The position numbers and the translations under genes were made by a program. Source: Priapulus caudatus (lineage: Eukaryota). From it: 60,312 nt of DNA. The notes beneath the pieces are model-generated. The model ran no database searches, had not been told where the DNA came from, and worked only from the letters and a program-made list of their open reading frames with translations. The DNA is taken from NCBI RefSeq assembly GCF_000485595.1, contig NW_014577071.1, forward strand, positions 786,772 through 847,083, read 5' to 3'. Shown piece by piece: positions 41,720 through 53,700 of the stretch (position 1 is the first letter of the stretch; every line of letters begins with the position of its first letter).

Positions 41720-42575
41720 TCTAGCGCTACCCGTGTACCCCTTCGTTACCGCTACAGGGATGTACGATCCATATAGCTCTACCCGTGTAGCCCTTCGCTC
41801 CCGCTGCAGGGATGTGCGATCAACATAGCTCTACCCGTGTAGCCCTTCGCTCCCGCTACAGGGATGTACGATCAACATAGCTCTACCCGTGTAGCCCTTC
41901 GCTCCCGCTACAGGGATGTACGATAAACATAGCTCTACCCGTGTAGCCCTTATTCGCCCCCGCTACAGGGATGTACGATAAACATAGCTCTACCCGTGTA
42001 GCCCTTATTCGCCCCCGCTACAGGGATGAACAATCAACATAGCTCTACCTGTGTAGCCCTTCGCTCCCGCTACAGGGATGTACGATCAACATAGCTCTAT
42101 CCGTGTAGCCCTTCGCTCCCACTATATGGCTCTTGCAGCTCATGTAATACCCTGTAGTTTTTGTAACCTTTGTAGCGGGAACGGGGGGTTACACGGGTAG
42201 AGCTATGTTGATCGTACATCCCTGTAGCGGGAGTAAAGGGCTACACGGGTAGAGCTATGTTGATCGTACATCCTTGTAGCGGGAACAAAGGGCTACACGG
42301 GTAGAGCTATGTTGATCGTACATCCCTGTAGCGGGAGCAAAGGGCTACACGGGTAGAGCTATGTTGATCGTAAATCCCTGTAGCGGGAGCAAAAGACGAC
42401 ACGGGTAGAGCTATGTTGTTCGTACATCCCTGTAGCGGGAGCGAAGGGCTACACGGGTAGAGCTATGTTGATCGTACATCCCTGTAGCGGGAGCGAAGGA
42501 CGACACGGGTAGCGCTATGTTGATCGTACATCCCTGTAGCGGGAGCGAAAGACCACACGGGTAGAGCTATATTTC
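41720..42575. repeat. Foldback palindrome: about 7.5 x 52-bp units forward, ~50-bp spacer, about 7.5 units inverted
   Basis: Unit ctacagggatgtacgatcaacatagctctacccgtgtagcccttcgctcccg at 41720-42122; its reverse complement at 42171-42575. Confidence 0.92.
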
Positions 42576-44319
42576 ATCCTGACGCGTGGCCGCGTAAAAG
42601 ATGCCTATTTTATACGGCTACAGCTACGCTACAGGGATAACGTAATATATCTTAGCTTTTAGGATTCTAAATCGGTTCTGTAACAGATGAACATTGGAGG
42701 AAAAACGGGGGATGGAATGGAATGTGGCAGACGAAGAAACTCAACGATTGATTCCAAGAGAAATGCGCGTATATACGTGAATGAAGCCTTTAATCACGCG
42801 CGCGTTTTGACCCTTGAGCGGCGACTCATCCTATATAGATCAACATTCGACGATCGATGGCGACCAGGAATTAAAGACTCCTCGTTCTTTCTCGCTCAAA
42901 ATCGCATTTCCTTCGCGAGCGTCCGGACTGTGGGGACGGTCGGGTTAAACGGCTTACTGGCTGCTTAGTAATCATGCAATTACAGCTTGTATATACACAT
43001 GCATACACTCGATCGAGAATCCTTGTCATTCGAATTTCCACAGCCGTCACTATACGCATCATTCTTAACCAAGAAGATCGATATGATTCTAGATTCATCG
43101 TGTTTTTCTCGATTATCAATTCGAATTCGAATTCATGATAATTTTGCCGATTCCAACCATAGTTCTGAACAGCTGAGCACTTCCAACTCCGCTAGCGAGA
43201 GATAATAGTGAGCGGCGTTATTGCGCTATATATAGAAATCATCGTATTGAATAGATTCATAACGGGACAATTTTGAAGTAAATGTATGAATGAAACTCTA
43301 ACCGTAAAGGCCGAGCAGCCGTAATCAGTTTTCGAATTTCTTACGAAATCGTATTCGGGCAAGCTAAAATGATGTCGAAATCGTTGTAATTTTATATAAT
43401 ATATGTGCGTGTGTAGGTCTGCATGATTGTACGTGCGAAAGCGCGAGTGCGGTAACAATTTCATTTTTCAATCGTCGATTTTTAACCGCTTTCTTTATTG
43501 GTAATCATGGTGGGAGACCGTGATTACGAATCTATCAGTCTCTCTGCTTCTTCACTCCTGCGTTCTCTTCATCCTCTGTCGCCTACCACCCCACCCTTCT
43601 ATTGGTTTCTTCTCAGTTCTCTTCTACCTATCTCTCTAACATCCCCACCCTTCTACCGGTTTCTTCTCCGTTCGCGTCTTCCTCTGCCGCCTACCACCCC
43701 CCTTCTTCCACCGGTTTCTTTTCCATTCTCTTCTTCCTTTTCCGCCTCCCACTCCCACCCTTCTGCCGGGTTCTTCTCCGTCCGCCCTCCTCCTCCTCCT
43801 CATCCCTTCCCCCTACCACCCCCCGTCTTTCTTCCGCGACTTGTGAGTCGAGGCTCTCTCGAGCGCAACTCTCGTCTCAAGAGCATCGACGAAGTATCGT
43901 CAGTTGTTTCTGGCAGCTGCTGATACGGAGTCACTAAGATTGAAACCCCGCGAGACCACGTGACAGTCGGAGAGCGCTCGCTCGCTCGCTAGTGCGCGCT
44001 TGTTCTCGCTCGTGAGTTTGCTCGCTGGCTCGTGAGTTCGCTTGCTGGCTCGTCTAGTTCGTAGCACTTTACTTGCGCCCGGCTGACTCTGCGATTATGC
44101 TTATGAGACTGAGTGATTTATGTCAAGACATATTGGGAGCGCATTTGTTCGAGGCAGCATCGGCGCAGCAGTCAGATAACATCGACGATCGCTATGTACT
44201 GCGTAGTTGCGGAATGCTCGCGCCAGACATTTTCGCTCTTGATCTGCTGTACGGACGGACGGTTCCCCTGTTACCGATATTGTAGAGAAATTGATCCCGA
44301 ATGACTCTGTCTCTCTCTG

Positions 44320-44340
<21 letters not shown>
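42240..44340 (+). repeat. Block X: near-identical duplicate of 54815-56760
   Basis: Identical ORF sets offset by 12,419 bp (42687 vs 55106, 43498 vs 55917); only rare differences such as ccaagaga vs ccaggaga. Confidence 0.95.
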
Positions 44341-44358
<18 letters not shown>

Positions 44359-44379
44359 NNNNNNNNNNNNNNNNNNNNN

Positions 44380-44535
<156 letters not shown>

Positions 44536-44809
44536 TTTCTCATATTTGTGCGCGGATGCAGTCGAAGTGCGATCCGTCATTGTTGTCTGCGTGTGTTTGG
44601 GTCTGAATAAAGTTATTTTGATTAATTGCTAAGGTTATTACGATCGCTGTGACTGTAGAGATTGGTTGCTGGTTAAACATCGATTTCATAATCGTTTGTT
44701 ATAGTTAGTACATACTATTATACTATATAGTGTTGTTATTGGATATCACTGCAATTTTACTATGAATAAAATTTTTCAAAAACGTGTTCGCAAATTGCAA
44801 ACGAGCAGC

Positions 44810-45125
44810 GTGTGATAGAGACGTCAGACTTTTGGGACCATATCATCCTTTTCAAAATTGGCATCGCGAGGTGTTTTGCCAAAGCAAAGTGGGCAGCAAT
44901 TGCGTTTGTGCCGGTACAGTGGAAAATTGGTCGCGCAAACGGCGCATTATCGAAAGCGATGAAGCCAGTAGCCATAGCGATGCCTTATAAACACAAAACA
45001 GAAGACAATGCTCAACATGATGGCATGTGTGTTATTTAATATAGAAACAGTTGAAAGTATGCGGCAAATGTCCATTAAAGTTATGCAGCAAAGCAGAAAG
45101 CATCTTCTACTGTAACACATCTACC
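44810..45125 (+). mobile_element. Possible decayed piggyBac-like transposase C-terminal remnant
   Basis: DHIILFKIGIARCF...KIGR...KPVAIAMP...DNAQH, then after a frameshift KVCGKCPLKLC. This resembles the PGBD C-terminus (LxFKxxIAxxL...GRP...DNxxH...CxKCxVxLC). Confidence 0.4.
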
Positions 45126-45499
45126 AATTTCACCATGAACATTTTAGAGCAACATATACAGCTGGAAATAGGCAAATGCGTAGAGGCCATAGTTGAAAGC
45201 CAATTTGCACATTTCTCCCGTATATATGTATTAAAAAAGACAAATGAAACTGTATTAGGAATGCGCATGAATTATGTGTAATGTATGGTCGTATAATTTC
45301 GCTAATGCAAATACAGGTTCAAAATGATAAAGGAGAATGCGTGGTCAGGTAATTAACAAAGCTATGTTAATTAGGATATTCTCTTCAATTATATATTCTA
45401 CCGTAATTGACTATTGATCAGGTAGGCAAAAACAAGAGCTAATTTAAATAAGTCAATATCGGATGGTCGTGTGCGTGCATGTGCGGGTGTGGATATGTG

Positions 45500-45870
45500 C
45501 ACGTGCGTGCGTGTGAGTGTCTTACTGCGTGTACGTGCGTGCGTGTGCGTGTCTTACGCACGCACGTACACGCAGTAAGACACGCACACGCACGCACGTA
45601 CACGCAGTGTGCGTATCTGACTGCGTGTACGTGCGCGCGTGTGCGTGTCTGACTGCGTGTACGTGCGCGCGTGTGCGTTTCTGGCTGCGTGTACGTGCGT
45701 GCGTGTCGTGTCTGACTGTGTGTACGACTGTACGTGCGTGCGTGTGCGTGTCTGACTGCGTGTACGTGCGTGCGTGTGCGTGTCTGGCTGCGTGTACGTG
45801 CGTGCGTGTGCGTGTCTGACTGGGTGTACGTGCGCGCGTGTGCGTGTCTGACTGCGTGTACGTATGCGTG
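45500..45870. repeat. ~32-bp minisatellite (gtgtctgactgcgtgtacgtgcgcgcgtgtgc) with an internal inverted segment at about 45556-45607
   Basis: Direct inspection; cgcacgcacgtacacgcagtaagacac is the reverse complement of the preceding unit. Confidence 0.8.
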
Positions 45871-46674
45871 CAGCCTTATTGCACATATCTACCCACGCAC
45901 CCGCTTTTTCACCCAAAAAAAATGTTATTAGTCAACATAATTATCGCTCGCGGTATACAGTAAGATCAAATCACGAGCCCCTCTTTTCAGCCGGGTCTGC
46001 TGCCCACTGATAAACCCAGTTTGATTTTCCATTTACAAGCAGCTTTGTCGCATAGGGCACGACGCATTTCCTGACGCGTGCCCCGTCTGTGCGCGTATAT
46101 TAGGCAAACCCTTATTGTGAGGCTGTTTGGCGATACATCTATTTATTATAATTAAACGGGGGTCGTAATCGTGTGTACGTCATTTGACGGATGTAGTAAC
46201 TGCTCTTGAGCCAAAGAATTCATTTAATCGAAATATTGACTGGCAGAACATGCATCAACCGACTGAATAGAGAAGAGGATCGGAAATTCCGCTTATTCAG
46301 TATAATGCATGCGTAATTATAATTAATTAACGCCTTGGAATAATTAGATACGAAAGCATCTCGAAATCTCAACCGGAATTTATTAACCTTCACAAAATAA
46401 GATGCTGAAGATAGTTCGAAGGCGTCGCTCTACATAGCAAATGAACTTCCCAGCCACGCGCGCGTGTACTCGGTCGTGTGTACTATCACACGCAAACACA
46501 CGCGTGTTCGCACACACATACACACGTACGAACGTAGGCACGCACGTTTAAACGTACATATCCGTTCACATGTAGACATGTACATATAAACACGCTCACA
46601 TGTACATCCATACGCGCCCACGCACACCGTAATCACACAGACACACGCACACGCACACGCACACGCGCCCACGC

Positions 46675-46718
<44 letters not shown>

Positions 46719-48080
46719 GCGCACACGCACACGCACACGCACACGCACACGCACACGCACACGCACACGCACACGCACACGCACACGCACACGCACACGC
46801 ACACGCACGCGCCACCGCACGCCACACACATACACACACACGCGCGCGCGCTACACCATGGGCGCCAACACACGGCGACGCGTGACGCATGCACGCATAA
46901 CTAAACACAAACAAACCCCCCGCCATGTCACACCGTACATCCATCTATCATCCATCCTGATTCATCAACTCTAGCTCACCCGCAGGTGACTGACTTCTGT
47001 TTCTTCGCTTTCGCGCCGTGATAGCTACAGTAAATATTGCGAAATATATATATATATACGCGGTGTGAAAGAGCTTCCTTGATATATGAGTAAAGCAAAC
47101 CGTTTCCTTCTGCGTGTCGTTATACTCTGGCAGCTGACAACAGAGAGAGAGAGAGAGAGAGAGGAGAGAGAAGGAAGGGACTGAAGAGAGAAGGAGCGAG
47201 GGAGAGAGGACGGCACGAGGAGGAAGAGGAGGGATGAGAGAGAGAGATAGACAACTAAAGCCAAGAGGAGAAGGAGAGAGGGAGAAAGGAGCGAGGACGG
47301 GAGAAGACGAGGAGCACGAAGCAGAGAGAGGAGAGAGGTTGAAAAGAGAGGACGAAAGAGCGAGAGAGAGAATGATGCGAGAGAGAGAGAGAGAGCCGAG
47401 AGAGAGAGAGAGAGAGCAGAAAAGAAAGAGAGCATAGAGACGGAGAAAGAGAGAGAGAGTCAATACCCATGGCGAGGCATCACGAGGACGCTGACGGAGC
47501 GAGAGACAGACGAGGGAGAGAAGCAGGAGGAGAGAGAGAGAAGGGGAGAAGAGTGAGCGAGAGAGGGGAGAGAGAGGGAGAGAGGAGAGGGAAACGGAGA
47601 AAGAGGGGGAAGCAGAAGGAGGGAGAGAGAGAGAAGAGGAGAGAGAGAGGAGAGAGGGAGAGAGAGAGAAGAGAGGAGAGAGAGAGGCAGAGAGAGAGAG
47701 ACGAGAAAAGAGAACAGAGAGAGAGAGAGAGTAAGAGAAGAGAGAGGAGAGAGAGAGATGAGAAAAGAGACGGGGAGAGGGAGGAAGAGAGGAGAGACCG
47801 TGAGAAGGAGAAAGAGACGAGAAGGAGAACGAGAGAGAAGATAAGAGATAGAGAGAAGAGAGGGAGACAGATGACGAGCATAAGAGATGAGGAAGAGCAG
47901 GAGACGAGGAGGAAGAGAGAAGCAGAAGAGGGAGAGGGAGAGAGAAAGAGAGATAGAGAGAGAAGAGAGAAGAGGGGGGAAGAGCGAGGGAGAGAGAGAG
48001 AGAGAGAGTAAAAACGAGAGAGAGAGAGAAGAGAGAGACAAGACAGTTGGAGGAGAGAGAGAGAGACGAGAGAGAGAGAG

Positions 48081-48114
<34 letters not shown>

Positions 48115-49734
48115 GCGGTTAGGTAAGCAAGCGACAGCCAGCGCGCATGCAGGTCGACCGACAGGCGAGCGCCATGCGGCCGTTTCTGATTTCGCTCTCA
48201 AACAAAGGTTGTGTTTATTTCAATTTCGTCGGGCGTTAGCCACGGCGGCTGACACGGACTGCCATCGATCGCGCCAGCTTCGAAAAACAATATCACGTAT
48301 ATCATCGCGCAGCCTCGCTAGGAAGCGACTCGCACGACAGCGCCGTATAGATTTATGCGATGTGCTTTACGTCGCGAGGCCTTTGTTTTCATTCAAGTGT
48401 CTTTGAAATAATAAGTCAATAAACGGGGCAGAGGCAATTCCGTGCGCAATATAAAACTCATATGTTTTTCGGCTCTATCTACGCGCAAAGAGGCGAGATA
48501 TATATAGAGAAAAAGGAGGAAGAGAAAAACAGCGAAGAGTGTGTTATGAATGCCGCGGATGTGATCTGAGAGAGACATAAAAGATGTACCTATAGGCCTA
48601 CCATGGCGAAAAGACGAATAGATTTCGGCGTCGAAGACGAAGTGAGCGTCAAATCGAGCAACTGAAGGGCCAGACAAAGAGGCACGGAGAGAGGAAATAA
48701 AGAGTAGACAGAAGAGGAAAAAAGAGAGATTTATAGCGCAGATAACAGATAATTGTAGTTATGATGGCTAAAGACTGGAGCGAATATGAGAAAGAGAGAA
48801 GAGAAAAAGCAGATAACAGAGAGTAAGACGGCGAGAAGCAAAAAGAAAAAATGGTGAATCGAAAAGCAGACGCATGGAATGCGTAAAGGGCGCTGAATAT
48901 GGACGAAGTGACGCGGGTTGGAGACAGACAGCACAGCGGAGTAGAAGATAAAATGGAAATACAATCATAGACAGAGCGAGAGAGGTAAAGAATATATAAA
49001 CCCAGTCGCCAGAAGAAATGTGCAATGCACATCGATAGCACATGTTTTGATCCTGCAGTATACGCGCACGTTTAGACAATATTTGCAACGTTTAGCTACA
49101 GCCATTCAGTTCCAATCGGAACCGACGCACACGCATGCATGAAACGTGAAAGAGCAATTGCATCCGCGTAATTATATTGACTGATAACAATTACCTGCTG
49201 TCTAGGAATGATGTCTGTTAGTATTAGCAGCATAATTACGCTGCGAAGCTACTGTACAATAAATTTAACTGCTACGTTGAATTTTACTGCCTAACAGAAA
49301 ACTCGGGCCATGGGTTTGATGCAGAATTAAACGAAATAAATGATTGGACGTTCACCAATGACCGAAATGTATAGCGTAATCATAAATCTAATACGCACAC
49401 AGTGTTTCACGCATGTACGACACGACCCTGCCCCATCTCTCGCTCTCACTCTCTCTCCTTTGCTCTCTCACTCTCTCTTATTCTCTCTCACTCTCTTTAC
49501 ATCTCTCTCTCTCTCTCTTTCCCTTTCTCTCTTATCTCTCTCTCTCCTCTCTCTCGCCATACTCTCTCTTTCTCTCTGTCTGCCTACTCATCATTAATTC
49601 TTAGTCTAAAAATGTTTTATTTATCATAGTTAAAGAGGCCGTCATAGCATCTCTTAAGTAAGATAAAGGTTACAGAGAAATTTTAATAAAGCCGCACCCA
49701 CTATTGCATATAACTCCTTTAGATTTCACACATA

Positions 49735-49737
49735 CAC

Positions 49738-49796
<59 letters not shown>

Positions 49797-50445
49797 CGCG
49801 CGCGCGCGCGCGCACGCACCCACACACACGCAACGCACGCGGACGTGCCACACGCCACGCACCGCCGGCGTACGTGCACACGCACGCACCGCCGCGCCGT
49901 ACGTGCACACGCACACGCACACGTACACGCACACGACACCGCACACGCACAGCCCACACGCACACGCCACACGCCACACGCAACACGCACACGCACACGC
50001 ACACGCACACGCACACGCACACCACGACGCACACGCACACGGACGGCGCACGCACACGCACACTGCCACGCGCACGCACGCGCACGCACATCGCACGCCA
50101 CATCGCACACGCACACGCACACGCACACACACGCAGCAATACACACATACACGCCACAGCACACGCAAACCGCACCGCACGCGCACACGCACAGCGCACG
50201 CGCACGCTCACGCACACGCACACCTCACAGCGCACGCCACACGCACGCAACGCACGCCCACACTCACGCACACGCACTGCACACGCACGCACACGCACGC
50301 GCACGGCGCACGCGCACGCACACGCGCCACGCACACGCACCACGCACACGCACACGCACACGCTACGCCACACACGCACGCACGCATACAAAACGCCGCC
50401 GCGCACACAACAACACACACACACACACACGCACACACACACCCT
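49735..50445. repeat. Degenerate (CACG/CACACG/CA)n microsatellite
   Basis: Direct inspection. Confidence 0.9.
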
Positions 50446-50830
50446 AGTTCTGGACGCCAGAATCAACGAAGCTATATCATCGGCTATTTATGTGCATTAT
50501 GTAAGCGCGCATCGGCTTTACGATGCATTATTGATAGATATTTATCTGGGCGCGGCTGTGTGTGTGTGTGTGTGTGTGTGTGTGCCGCGCCCTGCGCGCG
50601 CGCTGTAGTATTTCACTCTGCTCTCGCATTGCAAAGGGATTCGCCTTACATTAATTGAGTATCGCTCGCGTTCCCGCGGCGCCAGTATAGCGAGAAAACT
50701 CCCGCTTTCTCACGGCGCACGACGCAGCAAACAAGGGCATAATCGTCATTTGCGCGTGCGTCGTAGCCGTTTTACGGCGAGATCGGTACGCGTGCGAGCC
50801 TTTATGCTCTCTATGCCAGATCGTCATTTA

Positions 50831-50864
<34 letters not shown>

Positions 50865-51206
50865 TGCTCCTCGTCCGTGAAATGCGCCATGCTGGTGTAT
50901 TGCGCTTCGGTGGCTGAGCCAGGCTCTCTCTCTCTCTCCCATCTTACTCTCTCCATCTCTCTCCTCTCTCTCTCTCTCTTCTCCATCTCTCTCTCCTCTT
51001 CCATCTCTCTCTCTCTCTTCTCTCCATCTCTCTCGCTTCTCCGACTTGCCTATCTCTATCCTCTCGCGCGCTCTCTTGTTCTCTCTCTCTCTCTCTCTTC
51101 TTTCTCTTTCTCTTCTCTCTCTCCCATCTCTCTCCCTCTCTTCTCTTTCTCTTTCCTCTCTCATCGCATCTCTCTCGCTCTCGTCCTCCTCTTCTCTCTC
51201 TCTCTT

Positions 51207-51258
<52 letters not shown>

Positions 51259-53554
51259 TTCCATCCTCCTCTCGCTCTCTCTCTCTCTCTCTCTCGCTCT
51301 CTCTCTCCCTCTGCCCCTTCCTCTCCCTCCTTCCTCTTCTCTCTCCCTCTCCCTCCCTCCCGCCCTCCCCCCTCGTCTCTTTCTCATCTCTCTCTCTCGC
51401 TACATTTCTCTCTCTCGTGCGGTCATGCTTCGCAGAGCCTAATCTGCTTCGCTCTGTGTAAAGAACCGTGTGTTTCTTCTCCTCGCAGCCGCGCGCGTTG
51501 CGCCGCTACGTTCTAAAGAGCAGATCCCGAACCGCTATGCGGGATCTGGTAATTCTTTAACTTTCTCATAAAACTGCCATTAACGTTAGCGCGGTCGTAC
51601 GGAGGACGTTTAGCAAATTTTGCTAACCTTGCCAAAAATTGTATAGTCGGTCGATGATTGATCTATGTAGCGGTGACATCCTTCCTCAGTAATGCAAACG
51701 ACGCCTAACCGGGGGCGACGAGGCGCCGCGTATTACTTACGACGATGCTATCCAGAATGCAATGCTTGGCTGCGGAGACCGCAGGCGCCCTATTTATAAG
51801 AAGACAAGCTGAACGTCTTTTGCTCTTTCGCGAAATCGAAATTTCTCGATTTTGTCTTCGAATGCATAATTACGCCCAGCGTGCCGCTGACGTCACAGAG
51901 ACGTCGAATCTCTGAATTGGGAATCTAGTTGAAGAATTTACGAAGAACCAATGATCTCAGGACTGGCTTAATCTAACAGCGACCGACATTGTAGCCCTGG
52001 GAACGCCCTGTTGCAGAAGAATTAGTTGTCAGCTAAAAGTTAATGTTAATGCTTATAATTAGGAGAATGTTCTCGTAATGTTTAAGAGGAAGCTTACGAG
52101 GATTTTTCGTTCTCTAACTTTTACATATTTCTTCAACAGTTTACGAGTCGAAGTTAATGTAAGACTAAAGCTCAAGACTAATTTTGTTTCTGATATATTT
52201 GTATCTATCATCTATCATACTCTATTCTATCTATCTATCATATTCTATTATCTATCTATCTATCTATCAATCTATCTATCTTCTATCTGATTTATTCTCC
52301 CGCTTATCACGCACTATCTTTTACACGCTATAGCCGCTCTTACTGATAATCTTATCATGTCTGGCCGGAACATGTAACGTATTCCCGTATCTTCTCAAGT
52401 ATGCTCTCTGTGCAAATAAAACTATCATTACTCGACCACTTTCAATTGGATCTACATACAAATTACGCCATCAGTGGCGTCACATTTTTAGATAGCAATG
52501 ATATAGGGGACATAGATCGCATGCGAAAATAAACCAGTTCAGAACCTCTAGGCGGGAAGCCTGCTCGGGTAGCGTCATCTATTAGTATCGAGCTATAATA
52601 GGGAGTTGGGTGTCACGCTATTATATACGCAGCGCATACGATTGAGCGCCCCACCTGCTACGTCATATAACCCCCTCAAAAGTACATGCTTATCAAGCCA
52701 ATCATTGACCACGCTTGATGTTACTAGCGGCGTCTGCGTGTCATATAATGCCACAGAGGCGTATTCCTCGCATCGGAGCGATGAATGGGCCGTGGGAGAG
52801 TACATGGATTTCTTGGAGATAACGCGGCCGAGCAAATAGCATTTATCACTCCGTTCAACGGCGCGATGCGTGCAGCAATGGATAAGCAGTAACGTAACGC
52901 CACGAAGCAAAACATGCTCACCATATCAAACGCAACAGGGTATATATCGCCCTCAATATGATCTCTCTGTTACCATTTTGTCCATGTTACCCTCCAACAT
53001 TATCCCCAATCTCTAATGTCCTTCGGGAACGTCATTCCGCTTATCCTTTGCCTTCTCTCTATCTTTTCTTTCATCTTCGAGCGCTCTGAATTGGCTTTCC
53101 TCATGCCAGCCACAGACAAGCCATTCTTCGCCGGTGAAACACCGTGCTTATATAGTTACGTGGTTGCGCTGCCTAAGCTATAACATCATAAGAAACCTAA
53201 GACTTAACGGGATACCAGCATATCTATGCATCGGGTAGTTTAGAATGAGCTTAATTGCTTGATGAAATCTCTTTGAAATTGCCCGTTCGAGTGATTTCAT
53301 CGTGACCGAGTACGATTCCGAGGTTCCTATAGCCAAGTTATAGACGCTATTTCGAAATCAAAATAGTAGTTATCGCGTATGACCTGCGCGCTTCAAAACA
53401 CGCACTATTTCAATAAAGAAAGTAAGTAGCTTAAGCCTCGAGCGATTTAATTCCTGTGTAACATTCTCAAGTTCGAAAACCATGACAGATTTTCCGATTT
53501 TTCAATCTATGTCGGGTTTTCATTGCGTTTTATTACCACTTACACTAACAATAA

Positions 53555-53607
53555 CAACGACGCCGACAACAAAGACACGAGCAAACATCAACGACTGCGA
53601 CGACGGA

Positions 53608-53640
<33 letters not shown>

Positions 53641-53700
53641 ACGACAACGACGACGCGACGACGACGACGCACGACGACCGACGACGACGACGACTACAAG
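53555..53700. repeat. (GAC)n trinucleotide tract
   Basis: Direct inspection. Confidence 0.85.

Noticed and set aside
41720..42575. CRISPR array or ribozyme repeat
   Set aside because: No spacers, and no hammerhead CUGANGA/GAAA core in the 52-bp unit.
42687..44304. ORFs repeated identically at 55106-56723 suggesting a duplicated gene cluster
   Set aside because: Identity reflects the duplicated DNA block; the peptides show no recognisable family or splice structure.
46981..47025. 45-bp phase 1-1 minus-strand micro-exon candidate (tgtag|...GCGG|gtgagc) upstream of the iGluR exon
   Set aside because: Encodes a basic peptide (ITARKRRNRSQSPA) unlike a signal peptide or ATD start; no signal-peptide exon could be identified in the window.
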